NCBI GenBank assembly: GCA_017453125.1
Contig: JAFTKS010000013.1
Coordinates: forward strand, 8,693-72,692
From: Clostridia bacterium
GTDB lineage: Bacteria; Bacillota; Clostridia; Christensenellales; UBA1242
Reading direction: 5' to 3'
DNA length: 64,000 nt
The position numbers were made by a program, and so were the translations under genes. A model generated the notes under the pieces. The model did no database searches. It was not told the DNA's origin and was given only the letters and a program-made list of their open reading frames with translations. Shown here piece after piece: positions 30,481 through 38,726 of the stretch. Position 1 is the first letter of the stretch. Each line of letters begins with the position of its first letter.

Positions 30481-32664
30481 ATGAAAGATTTTTTAGAATT
30501 AGCAAAAGAAAAATTTACCGATGAAGAATGTGTCCGAATTGTTTCTTTGTTTGATTCATTCAAAAACAAATATGATTCTAATAGTATTTATAATCAAGAC
30601 TTTGCTTGCAAAATTGCTTTGAATATTTTGGATAACGGTTTGGATTACAACTCTGTTATTATTGGGCTCATTTATCCATTGTATAAAACGAACTCAGAGC
30701 ATATTGATGAATATATGCAAAATGAAGAAATCAGAGAGATTTTTCAAAGGCTAGAAAAGATTGAAAATCTCAATCTTTCTACTCACCAAACACAACTTGA
30801 AAATATAAAGAAGATGTTTATTGCTCTTGCAAAAGATATTCGTGTTATTATCATAAAATTATGTATTGAACAAACAAAACTGGGATTTATTGACAAAATG
30901 TCCGAAGAAGATGTCAATAAATTTATGCAAGAAATCACAGATGTATATTTTCCGATTTGCCAAATGATTGGTTTGAGTCAGATAAAAAATGATTTTGGAA
31001 ATGCAACTTTCAAATACTACAAACCTTCTATGTACAAAGAATTGACAGATGCTCTTAGTGTATTTATGGAAGAGCGAAATTCAAAAATACAGGAAGTCAT
31101 TTCAAAGTTAAAAGTTGAAATGAAGTCAATTTGTCCTAATGCTGTTGTATATGGAAGACAAAAGCAATTGTTTAGTATTGCTAAAAAATTACAAAGTAAA
31201 AATATGGGTGTTAGTTCAATCACCGATATCTATGGACGTAATAATTTTTTGCATGATGTTGCTGACAAAGTTTCTTTTAAAGAAAATAAACTAAATCAGA
31301 TTATGGATATTCTTGCGGTACGTATTCTAGTTGATACCGTTGATCAATGTTATGCGACATTGGGTAGAGTATTTACAATTTTCAAACCTCTTGGAAATTT
31401 CAAAGATTATATTGCTAATCCAAAAGAAAATGGTTATCAGTCTCTACATACTGCAATAGTTCTTGATAATGGCGATCCTGTCGAAGTCCAAATAAGAACA
31501 TTTGATATGCATACATATGCTGAATATGGTTTTGCTGCACACTGGGCTTATAAAGAAAAGAAAAAAGTTGATGAGAGCGGAGTTAAAATCAACTATATTA
31601 GATCTATTATGGATTTGCATAAGGAGAAATCAAATACAGAACTCCTTGAAATTATGAAAACTGACGTATATAGTGGAAAGATATTTGTTCAATCTCCAAT
31701 GGGCAAAATTATTGACTTTCCAGAGGGGGCTACTCCTATTGATTTTGCTTATGCAATTCACAGTAATGTTGGTAATTCTTGTATTGGTGCAAAAATAAAC
31801 GATAGAATGGTACCGCTTTCAACGCCTATGAATAATGGTGATGTTGTTGAAATTATAACAAATCCTAATGCTAAAGGTCCTTCTAGAGATTGGTTAAAAG
31901 TAGTAAAAACCAACTCAGCTAAATCCAAAATCAATGCTTTTTTCAAGAAAGAAATGAAAGAAGATAATATCAAGAAAGGCAAATCCATTTTGGAGACTAG
32001 TGCAAAGCTTAAAAATTATAATTTAAGCAAACTTCTAATTACTGAATATTTAGAGGACGTGTTTGACAAGTATAGTTTCCAGAGTTTAGACGATATGTAT
32101 GCGTCCATTGGTTATGGCGGAATTACTGCTAATCAAGTTCTTAATAAATTAAATGCTTTATATAAGGCTGATGTCAAACTTAATGACACACCTATCAGAG
32201 AATATCAACTTCAAGATATCAAAAATGACGGAGATATTGAAGTTAAGGGATTCTCAAACCTTATGACTAAACTTGCTAAATGTTGTAATCCTCTTCCTGG
32301 TGATGATATAATCGGCTATATATCAAGGGGAAATGGTGTTACAATTCATAGAAGAGATTGTGAAGCTTTAAAAAATTATGAATTTGAACGTTTAATTGAA
32401 TGTTCTTGGCATAAAAATTCTACAAAATCATTTGTTGGTTCAATTACCATTCTTGCCAATGATAATAATGGTCTCATTGCTAAGATTACCAAGAAATTAA
32501 ATGACGAAAAAGTTTCTATGATTGGACTAAATGCTAAGAAAGTAGAAGATAATAGGGTAATTATAACTATTCACATTAGTATAAAAGATAAAGATGAATT
32601 GGATATTCTTATTAATAAATTAAATCAAATGAATTTTGCAATTGATGTATATAGGACGGCATAA
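30481..32664 (+). CDS. relA: Long RelA/SpoT homologue: intact (p)ppGpp synthetase, degenerate HD hydrolase domain
   Basis: Synthetase motifs ILAVRILVD, YQSLHTAI, VEVQIRTFDMH and AAHWAYKE. TGS and ACT-like C-terminus. HD positions are substituted (see findings). Confidence 0.92.
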   Translation: MKDFLELAKEKFTDEECVRIVSLFDSFKNKYDSNSIYNQDFACKIALNILDNGLDYNSVIIGLIYPLYKTNSEHIDEYMQNEEIREIFQRLEKIENLNLSTHQTQLENIKKMFIALAKDIRVIIIKLCIEQTKLGFIDKMSEEDVNKFMQEITDVYFPICQMIGLSQIKNDFGNATFKYYKPSMYKELTDALSVFMEERNSKIQEVISKLKVEMKSICPNAVVYGRQKQLFSIAKKLQSKNMGVSSITDIYGRNNFLHDVADKVSFKENKLNQIMDILAVRILVDTVDQCYATLGRVFTIFKPLGNFKDYIANPKENGYQSLHTAIVLDNGDPVEVQIRTFDMHTYAEYGFAAHWAYKEKKKVDESGVKINYIRSIMDLHKEKSNTELLEIMKTDVYSGKIFVQSPMGKIIDFPEGATPIDFAYAIHSNVGNSCIGAKINDRMVPLSTPMNNGDVVEIITNPNAKGPSRDWLKVVKTNSAKSKINAFFKKEMKEDNIKKGKSILETSAKLKNYNLSKLLITEYLEDVFDKYSFQSLDDMYASIGYGGITANQVLNKLNALYKADVKLNDTPIREYQLQDIKNDGDIEVKGFSNLMTKLAKCCNPLPGDDIIGYISRGNGVTIHRRDCEALKNYEFERLIECSWHKNSTKSFVGSITILANDNNGLIAKITKKLNDEKVSMIGLNAKKVEDNRVIITIHISIKDKDELDILINKLNQMNFAIDVYRTA

Positions 32665-34073
32665 TGATAAAAGTTGATGCTAATAACGAAAAATTAATTG
32701 ATGAACTAAATCTTGTAGTTAAGTTGTTTTATTCTACACAAGATATAGAAGAATTGGATATAGTTTTCAGTATAAATCAAGTTGTTGACGGAGAGAACAT
32801 TCATACCGAATGTTCTTCTTCTCTTGATGATTTTTGTGTTAATCGTGATGATAAAATTCGCAATCATCGTTTTCCCGATCGTTTTACAAAAAGGTATGCC
32901 AAGTTAGCCTTGTTTGAAATCTTGCAAAATCAATTCCCTGACAAAATATTACCTTGGGGAAGTTTGACAGGAATTCGTCCGACAAAACTTTTTTATGAAT
33001 TAATTAAGGAATTTGGTGGAGATCTGTCCAAAGCTTCAACTGAATTGTTGGAAACTTTTAAGGTTACAAGACCAAAAGTCGAGCTGGTTAAGGAAATTAT
33101 TAAAAATCAAAAAAATATTATGAAAAATGATAATCTTGTTGATTTGTATATAAACATTCCTTTTTGCCCATCAAAATGTTATTATTGTTCTTTTATTTCT
33201 GCCCCAATAGATAAATGTCGTGAGCAATTAGACCCTTATTTAATGGCTTTAATAAAAGAGATTGACGCTACACGCGATTTAATTTTACGTAAAAATTATA
33301 TTGTAAAATCAATATATATTGGCGGAGGGACTCCAACTATTCTTTCTGCAGAACAACTTGATTTATTGCTGTCTCACATATCATATTCTGTGAATGAATT
33401 TACCGTTGAGTGTGGCAGACCTGATACAATTACCAAGGAAAAACTTGATGTTTTAGCAAAGCATAATGTTACTCGCATTAGTATAAATCCGCAAACTTTT
33501 TGTAATAAAACATTGAAAGAAATTGGTCGAAATCATAATGCTAATGATATCCTTGAGGCTTATAAACTTGCATTGAATTACAATTTTGTAATTAATATGG
33601 ATTTAATTGCAGGTCTAGGATCGGAAAAACTAATTACATTCAAAAAATCTCTAAATAAAGCCATTGAATTTGCTCCAGATAATATAACAGTACATACACT
33701 GAGTGTTAAAAGAGGTAGTGAATTAAAAATTGATGGTGGCGAAACATCAACTGAACTAGAAGTTCAGAAAATGATAGAATATTCGTATCCTGCTCTTATC
33801 AAAGCTGGGTATAAACCTTACTATATGTATAAGCAAAAAAATATGCTAGGTAATTTGGAGAATATTGGTTATTTTAGATCTAATCCTTCTATTTTTAATA
33901 TTGATAGTATGGAAGAATTTGCATCAATTATTGCTTGCGGTGCTAATGCTATATCAAAAAGATATTATTCGCTTGATAATAAAATTGAAAGATTTGCAAA
34001 TTTAAAAAACATTAATGAATATATAAATAGAATTGATGAAATGATAGACAAGAAAAATAGTTTATTTAAATAA
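32664..34073 (+). CDS. hemZ: HemN/HemZ-family radical SAM protein (coproporphyrinogen dehydrogenase-like)
   Basis: Radical SAM cluster IPFCPSKCYYCSF after an N-terminal extension of about 165 aa, typical of HemZ-type proteins. Confidence 0.65.
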   Translation: MIKVDANNEKLIDELNLVVKLFYSTQDIEELDIVFSINQVVDGENIHTECSSSLDDFCVNRDDKIRNHRFPDRFTKRYAKLALFEILQNQFPDKILPWGSLTGIRPTKLFYELIKEFGGDLSKASTELLETFKVTRPKVELVKEIIKNQKNIMKNDNLVDLYINIPFCPSKCYYCSFISAPIDKCREQLDPYLMALIKEIDATRDLILRKNYIVKSIYIGGGTPTILSAEQLDLLLSHISYSVNEFTVECGRPDTITKEKLDVLAKHNVTRISINPQTFCNKTLKEIGRNHNANDILEAYKLALNYNFVINMDLIAGLGSEKLITFKKSLNKAIEFAPDNITVHTLSVKRGSELKIDGGETSTELEVQKMIEYSYPALIKAGYKPYYMYKQKNMLGNLENIGYFRSNPSIFNIDSMEEFASIIACGANAISKRYYSLDNKIERFANLKNINEYINRIDEMIDKKNSLFK

Positions 34074-34097
34074 AGCTTTTTCAGGCTTTATTTTTTT
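34071..34097 (+). terminator. Intrinsic terminator after hemZ
   Basis: TAAAGC / GCTTTA stem followed by TTTTTTT. Confidence 0.6.
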
Positions 34098-34185
34098 ATG
34101 CTTAAGCCACATAAAAATTTGGGTATTGCAAATTTTGATATAGTATGCTAAAATATTTTTGATAACTACTTCAAGGGGGATTGAT

Positions 34186-34665
34186 ATGAATAAAGAATCT
34201 TGGCTAGATGTTGTATCTGTAAAAGATGCAAAATTAATTGCTGAAAGATATTTAGATGAAGATTATCTTATTTCAAAAAAACAAGATGAGAAATATGGTT
34301 GGTATTTCGAGTTTTATGACTTACACAATAAGATAGTAAGTTATATGGGTGAATATGGTAATCTAAAACAAAGAAAGAATGATAAAGGTGAGTTTGAATT
34401 CTACGATTCATTTGATGGCACAAATCGTGTTTTTCCAAAAAAATGGATCACTTATGTTTCTATTTTGAATCGAGGTAGAACTATTAATAATAAGACTTAT
34501 TCCGAATCGTTTAATCAAAATGCACAAAAGATGCTAGAAGATTGGAAGAAAAAAGAAGTTGCACGAATTAAACTTATTGCAAAATCACAATCTGAATATT
34601 TTAACTTATTAAGTGAGAATATTGCTTCTAAAAAAACTATTAAAGATCCATCAATGGATTTGTAA
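34186..34665 (+). CDS. Hypothetical soluble protein, no recognisable family
   Basis: AAGGGGGA RBS before ATG 34186. 159 aa, own terminator. Confidence 0.55.
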   Translation: MNKESWLDVVSVKDAKLIAERYLDEDYLISKKQDEKYGWYFEFYDLHNKIVSYMGEYGNLKQRKNDKGEFEFYDSFDGTNRVFPKKWITYVSILNRGRTINNKTYSESFNQNAQKMLEDWKKKEVARIKLIAKSQSEYFNLLSENIASKKTIKDPSMDL

Positions 34666-34673
34666 TTGTATGT

Positions 34674-34714
34674 ATACTATATTGTAATATTTAATTACCA
34701 TATAGTATTTTTTC
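34674..34714 (+). terminator. Putative intrinsic terminator between the two orphan genes
   Basis: ATACTATAT (34674-34682) / ATATAGTAT (34700-34708) followed by a T-run. Large loop. Confidence 0.45.
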
Positions 34715-34779
34715 TATCAAATATAAATGGGATATATCTTTTTATTTGAGTTGAAACAAAACTATAAAAGTAGGTATTT

Positions 34780-35205
34780 ATGAAGTATTTGAACAATATT
34801 AAAGAACAGGAATTTATCGATTTTTTGAACGAGAATGGATTATTTTTATATGAACAAAACGGACAAGAATGGGGAAGAGATGATTGTGAAAACTATTATT
34901 TCAAATGTTTTTGTCCTAAAAGCGATAGCAAAAATCTCATTATGGATAAGTTAAGAGAAAGTAATTCTAATACATTTTTTGATAAAGTTATTAAATATAG
35001 TTCTTTTTATAGTTTTAATCAAATTCAATTATATTCAGTAAATGACTTTATGCTGAGTCGTTTAATTATTGATGATTCATTTAATGAATTTGATATAAAA
35101 CTTCAACAAAATTTTCATAAATTTATGATATCAAAATTCAATCAAAATGGACAATATATCAAAGATTATGATTCTTTTGTTGATGATATTGAAAAAGAGA
35201 TATAA
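34780..35205 (+). CDS. Hypothetical acidic soluble protein, no recognisable family
   Basis: 141-aa ORF with a weak RBS (AGGT). Codon usage looks similar to neighbours. Confidence 0.5.
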   Translation: MKYLNNIKEQEFIDFLNENGLFLYEQNGQEWGRDDCENYYFKCFCPKSDSKNLIMDKLRESNSNTFFDKVIKYSSFYSFNQIQLYSVNDFMLSRLIIDDSFNEFDIKLQQNFHKFMISKFNQNGQYIKDYDSFVDDIEKEI

Positions 35206-35241
35206 AAATTGCTTATTTAATTAATTATTTAAAAAAAAGTG

Positions 35242-35270
35242 TTTACAATTATAATATTATTTGATATAAT
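35242..35270 (+). promoter_or_regulatory. Sigma-A promoter of rpsO
   Basis: TTTACA (35242-35247), 17-nt spacer, TATAAT (35265-35270). Confidence 0.6.
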
Positions 35271-35356
35271 TTACCTGTACCTTAAACTAGGTTATTTCTG
35301 TTTCTCCATAGATTTAACTTTGTTTATGGCAAATAATTTTATAAGGAGAATATGTT

Positions 35357-35620
35357 ATGATTTCTAAAGAGAAAAAACAAGAAGTTATCAAAAACTATGC
35401 TACTAAAGAGGGTGATACAGGTTCTTGCGAAGTTCAAATTGCAATTCTTTCTGCTAGAATTACAGAACTAACTGAGCACTTAAAGAAGAACCCTAATGAC
35501 AATCATTCTCGTAGAGGTCTTTTGAAATTAGTTAACCATAGAAAGAACCTTCTTAAGTATATGGAAAGAACTAATCTTGAAGGATATAGAGCATTGAAGT
35601 CAAAGTTAAATATTAGATAA
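35357..35620 (+). CDS. rpsO: 30S ribosomal protein S15
   Basis: 87 aa. Motif [38 protein letters not shown]. Confidence 0.97.
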   Translation: MISKEKKQEVIKNYATKEGDTGSCEVQIAILSARITELTEHLKKNPNDNHSRRGLLKLVNHRKNLLKYMERTNLEGYRALKSKLNIR

Positions 35621-35630
35621 TTTAACTATA

Positions 35631-35661
35631 AAAGCGAAAGATTTCAACTTTCGCTTTTTTG
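35631..35661 (+). terminator. rpsO terminator / pnp leader hairpin
   Basis: AAAGCGAAAG atttcaa CTTTCGCTTT followed by TTT. Confidence 0.85.
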
Positions 35662-35676
35662 AAATAAGGAGTAAAG

Positions 35677-37767
35677 ATGAGAGATTTTAAAGAATTTAAA
35701 ACTGAAATTGGTGGAAAAGAAGTTACTGTAGAAATTGGTAAATATGCTTTCCAAACAAATGGTCATTGTATTGTAAAATGTGGTGATACGATGGTTATGT
35801 GTAATACTTGTATGAACAAAGAACCTAGACCAGGTCAAGACTTTTTTCCGCTAAGCGTTGATTTTGAAGAGAAATTATATGCTGTTGGAAAAATCCCTGG
35901 CGGATTTAAAAAACGTGAAGGAAGACCTACCGACCAAGCTATTTTGACTTCAAGACTAATTGATAGACCACTTAGACCATTGTTCCCAAAAGGATTCTTC
36001 AATGATGTTACTGTTGTTGCGACTCCACTAAGTGTTGATTATGATGTTGCACCAGAACCACTTGCTATGTTTGCAAGCTCTATAGCTCTTACTATAAGCG
36101 ATATTCCATTTGCAGGACCTACAGGTAGTTGTCAAGTTGCTTATATTGATGGAAAATACATTGTTAATCCTACAAAAGCCCAACAAGAACAATCACTTAT
36201 GGATTTGAAAGTTGCAGGAACGAAAGATGCAATTCTTATGGTAGAAGCAGGTGCAAATGAAGTAAGTGAAGAAGAAATGCTTCAAGGTATTCTTTTCGCT
36301 CATGAAGAAATTAAGAAACAAGTTGCTTTCCAAGAAAAAATTGCAAAAGAATTAGGTGTTAAAAAGAACGAGAATCTTCCATATTATGTTATTGACGAGA
36401 CTCTTGAGAAAGATGTTAGAGAGTTTGGTTATCCTATTATGGAAAAAGTTATGGAGCATTTCGACAGACACGAAAGAGAAGCTGCTGAAGAAGTTGCAAA
36501 TAACGAAATTCTAGAGCATTTTGCTGAAGTTTATCCTGAGAAAAATAGAGAAATTCTCGATGTTTTGTACAAAGTTAAGAAAGAAATTATGCGTGCAAAA
36601 ATTATTGAGAAAGGAGTAAGACCAGACGGAAGAAAACTTGACGAAATTCGTCCAATCTGGTGTGAAGCTGGCGTTCTTCCTAGAGTTCACGGAAGTGGCG
36701 TATTCACTAGAGGAGAAACTCAAGTTATGACAACTTGTACTCTTGGAAGCCTTAGAGATACTCAAATTCTAGATGGTCTCGATGAGGAAGATGAAAAGAG
36801 ATATATGCATCACTACAATTTCCCAGCTTATTCAACAGGTGAAGCGAGACCTCTTAAATCTGCAGGAAGAAGAGAGATTGGTCACGGTGCACTTGCAGAA
36901 AGATCGTTAATTCCAGTACTTCCATCTGAGGAAGAATTCCCATATGCAATTAGAACAGTTAGTGAAGTATTAAGCAGTAATGGCTCAACTTCTCAAGCTT
37001 CTGTTTGTGGAAGCAGTTTGGCGCTTATGGATGCTGGTGTTCCAATTAAAGCACCTGTCGCAGGATGCGCAATGGGACTTATTAAAGATGAAAAGAGTGG
37101 AAAAGTTGCTATTCTTACAGACATTCAAGGATTGGAAGATTTCTTGGGAGATATGGATTTCAAGGTTGCTGGTACAACCAAGGGTATTACTGCTATTCAA
37201 ATGGATATCAAAATCAAAGGAATAGACGAAAAAATCTTAAGAGAAGCACTTTCTAGAGCTAGAGATGGAAGACTATTTATATTAGATAAAATGAATCAAG
37301 TATTATCTGCACCAAGAGAACACTTAAGTCCATTTGCTCCAAAAATTATATCTTTTGCTATTAATCCAGATAAAATTAAAGATGTAATTGGTTCTGGCGG
37401 AAAAATGATTAATAAAATTATTGACGAAACTGGCGTTAAGATAGATATCGAAGATGATGGTAGAGTTATGATTTGCGGACTTGATGATGAAAAATCTCAA
37501 AGAGCAAAAGAAATTATATTGTCAATTGCTGAAGATGTTGAAGTTGGTAAAATTTATACAGGTAAAGTAGTTAGAATTCTTAATTTTGGTGCTTTTGTTG
37601 AAATTGGATTTAACAAAGAAGGTATGATTCATATTTCAAAACTTTCTAGTAAGAGAGTAGAGAAGGTAGAAGACGTTGTTAATATTGGCGATTCTGTTGA
37701 AGTAGAAGTAATCAAAATTAATGATGGCAAAGTTGATTTAAAATTAATCGGAACTTACAAAAACTAA
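35677..37767 (+). CDS. pnp: Polyribonucleotide nucleotidyltransferase (PNPase)
   Basis: Motif FFPLSVDFEEKLYAVGKIPGGFKKREGRP. Two RNase PH domains plus KH and S1 domains. 696 aa. Confidence 0.98.
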   Translation: MRDFKEFKTEIGGKEVTVEIGKYAFQTNGHCIVKCGDTMVMCNTCMNKEPRPGQDFFPLSVDFEEKLYAVGKIPGGFKKREGRPTDQAILTSRLIDRPLRPLFPKGFFNDVTVVATPLSVDYDVAPEPLAMFASSIALTISDIPFAGPTGSCQVAYIDGKYIVNPTKAQQEQSLMDLKVAGTKDAILMVEAGANEVSEEEMLQGILFAHEEIKKQVAFQEKIAKELGVKKNENLPYYVIDETLEKDVREFGYPIMEKVMEHFDRHEREAAEEVANNEILEHFAEVYPEKNREILDVLYKVKKEIMRAKIIEKGVRPDGRKLDEIRPIWCEAGVLPRVHGSGVFTRGETQVMTTCTLGSLRDTQILDGLDEEDEKRYMHHYNFPAYSTGEARPLKSAGRREIGHGALAERSLIPVLPSEEEFPYAIRTVSEVLSSNGSTSQASVCGSSLALMDAGVPIKAPVAGCAMGLIKDEKSGKVAILTDIQGLEDFLGDMDFKVAGTTKGITAIQMDIKIKGIDEKILREALSRARDGRLFILDKMNQVLSAPREHLSPFAPKIISFAINPDKIKDVIGSGGKMINKIIDETGVKIDIEDDGRVMICGLDDEKSQRAKEIILSIAEDVEVGKIYTGKVVRILNFGAFVEIGFNKEGMIHISKLSSKRVEKVEDVVNIGDSVEVEVIKINDGKVDLKLIGTYKN

Positions 37768-37784
37768 TATACATGTATTATATT

Positions 37785-37818
37785 GATGTCTAAACATTTA
37801 ATTAGACATCTTTTTTTT
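37785..37818 (+). terminator. Intrinsic terminator after pnp
   Basis: GATGTCTA / TAGACATC stem followed by an 8-T run. Confidence 0.85.
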
Positions 37819-37868
37819 GGTTATTTTTAAATGTGATGAAACATATATTTTTATAAAGGAAACTATGT

Positions 37869-38570
37869 ATGAAAATAAAACAATTTAGAAATATATGTAA
37901 TGTTATAATAATATTAATGATATGTATTTTAACTATTTACCTTGGAACTTCTAGTTATCAATATGTTTTTAGTTATCAGAACGAATCTATTATTTATAAT
38001 GGTAATAGAGAAAGTAATAATGTTTCATTAATGTTTAATGTTTATTGGGGAACTGAATATTTGAATGATATTTTAGATATTCTTCAAAAATATAATGTTC
38101 ATACAACATTTTTTGTAGGCGGACAGTGGGTAGAAAAGGAAGTTGATTTATTAAAAAAAATCTGTAGTTTTGGCCACGAAATAGGTAATCATGGGTATTT
38201 TCATAAAGAACAAGAATATCTAGATTATTCTCAAAATTATGATGAAATCTATATGAATCATAATCTAGTAAAAGCCCATACAGATGTTACAATGAATTTG
38301 TTTGCTCCGCCCAGTGGAAGTTTTAATCAATCTACGTTAGACTCTGCAAGAGAACTGGGATACAAAACAATAATGTGGTCAAAAGACACAATTGATTGGC
38401 GTGACAAAGACGCAAATTTAATCTTTAGAAGAGCAACAGAAAAAGTTCAAGGAGGGGATTTGATTCTAGCGCACCCAACAAAACAAACTCTTCAGGCTTT
38501 GCCATTGATACTAGAATTTTATAAAATTAATAATCTGAATGCTACAACTGTAAGCGAATGTTTAAAATAA
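37869..38570 (+). CDS. NodB-type polysaccharide deacetylase (YlxY-like, sporulation-associated position after pnp)
   Basis: N-terminal TM segment. NodB motifs TFFVGGQW, HEIGNHGYFH and LILAHP. Confidence 0.85.
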   Translation: MKIKQFRNICNVIIILMICILTIYLGTSSYQYVFSYQNESIIYNGNRESNNVSLMFNVYWGTEYLNDILDILQKYNVHTTFFVGGQWVEKEVDLLKKICSFGHEIGNHGYFHKEQEYLDYSQNYDEIYMNHNLVKAHTDVTMNLFAPPSGSFNQSTLDSARELGYKTIMWSKDTIDWRDKDANLIFRRATEKVQGGDLILAHPTKQTLQALPLILEFYKINNLNATTVSECLK

Positions 38571-38726
38571 CATTTGCTTATTTTTGTTTAAGTTAATCTT
38601 TATTGTATAATAATTGATATAATATTAATTTTTTATCACAATAAGTTGTTAATTTGAGTAATTTATTTTTTTTATTTTGAAATGTGTGCTATACTTAAAT
38701 ATATTGAAAAAAAATGAGGCTTTATT

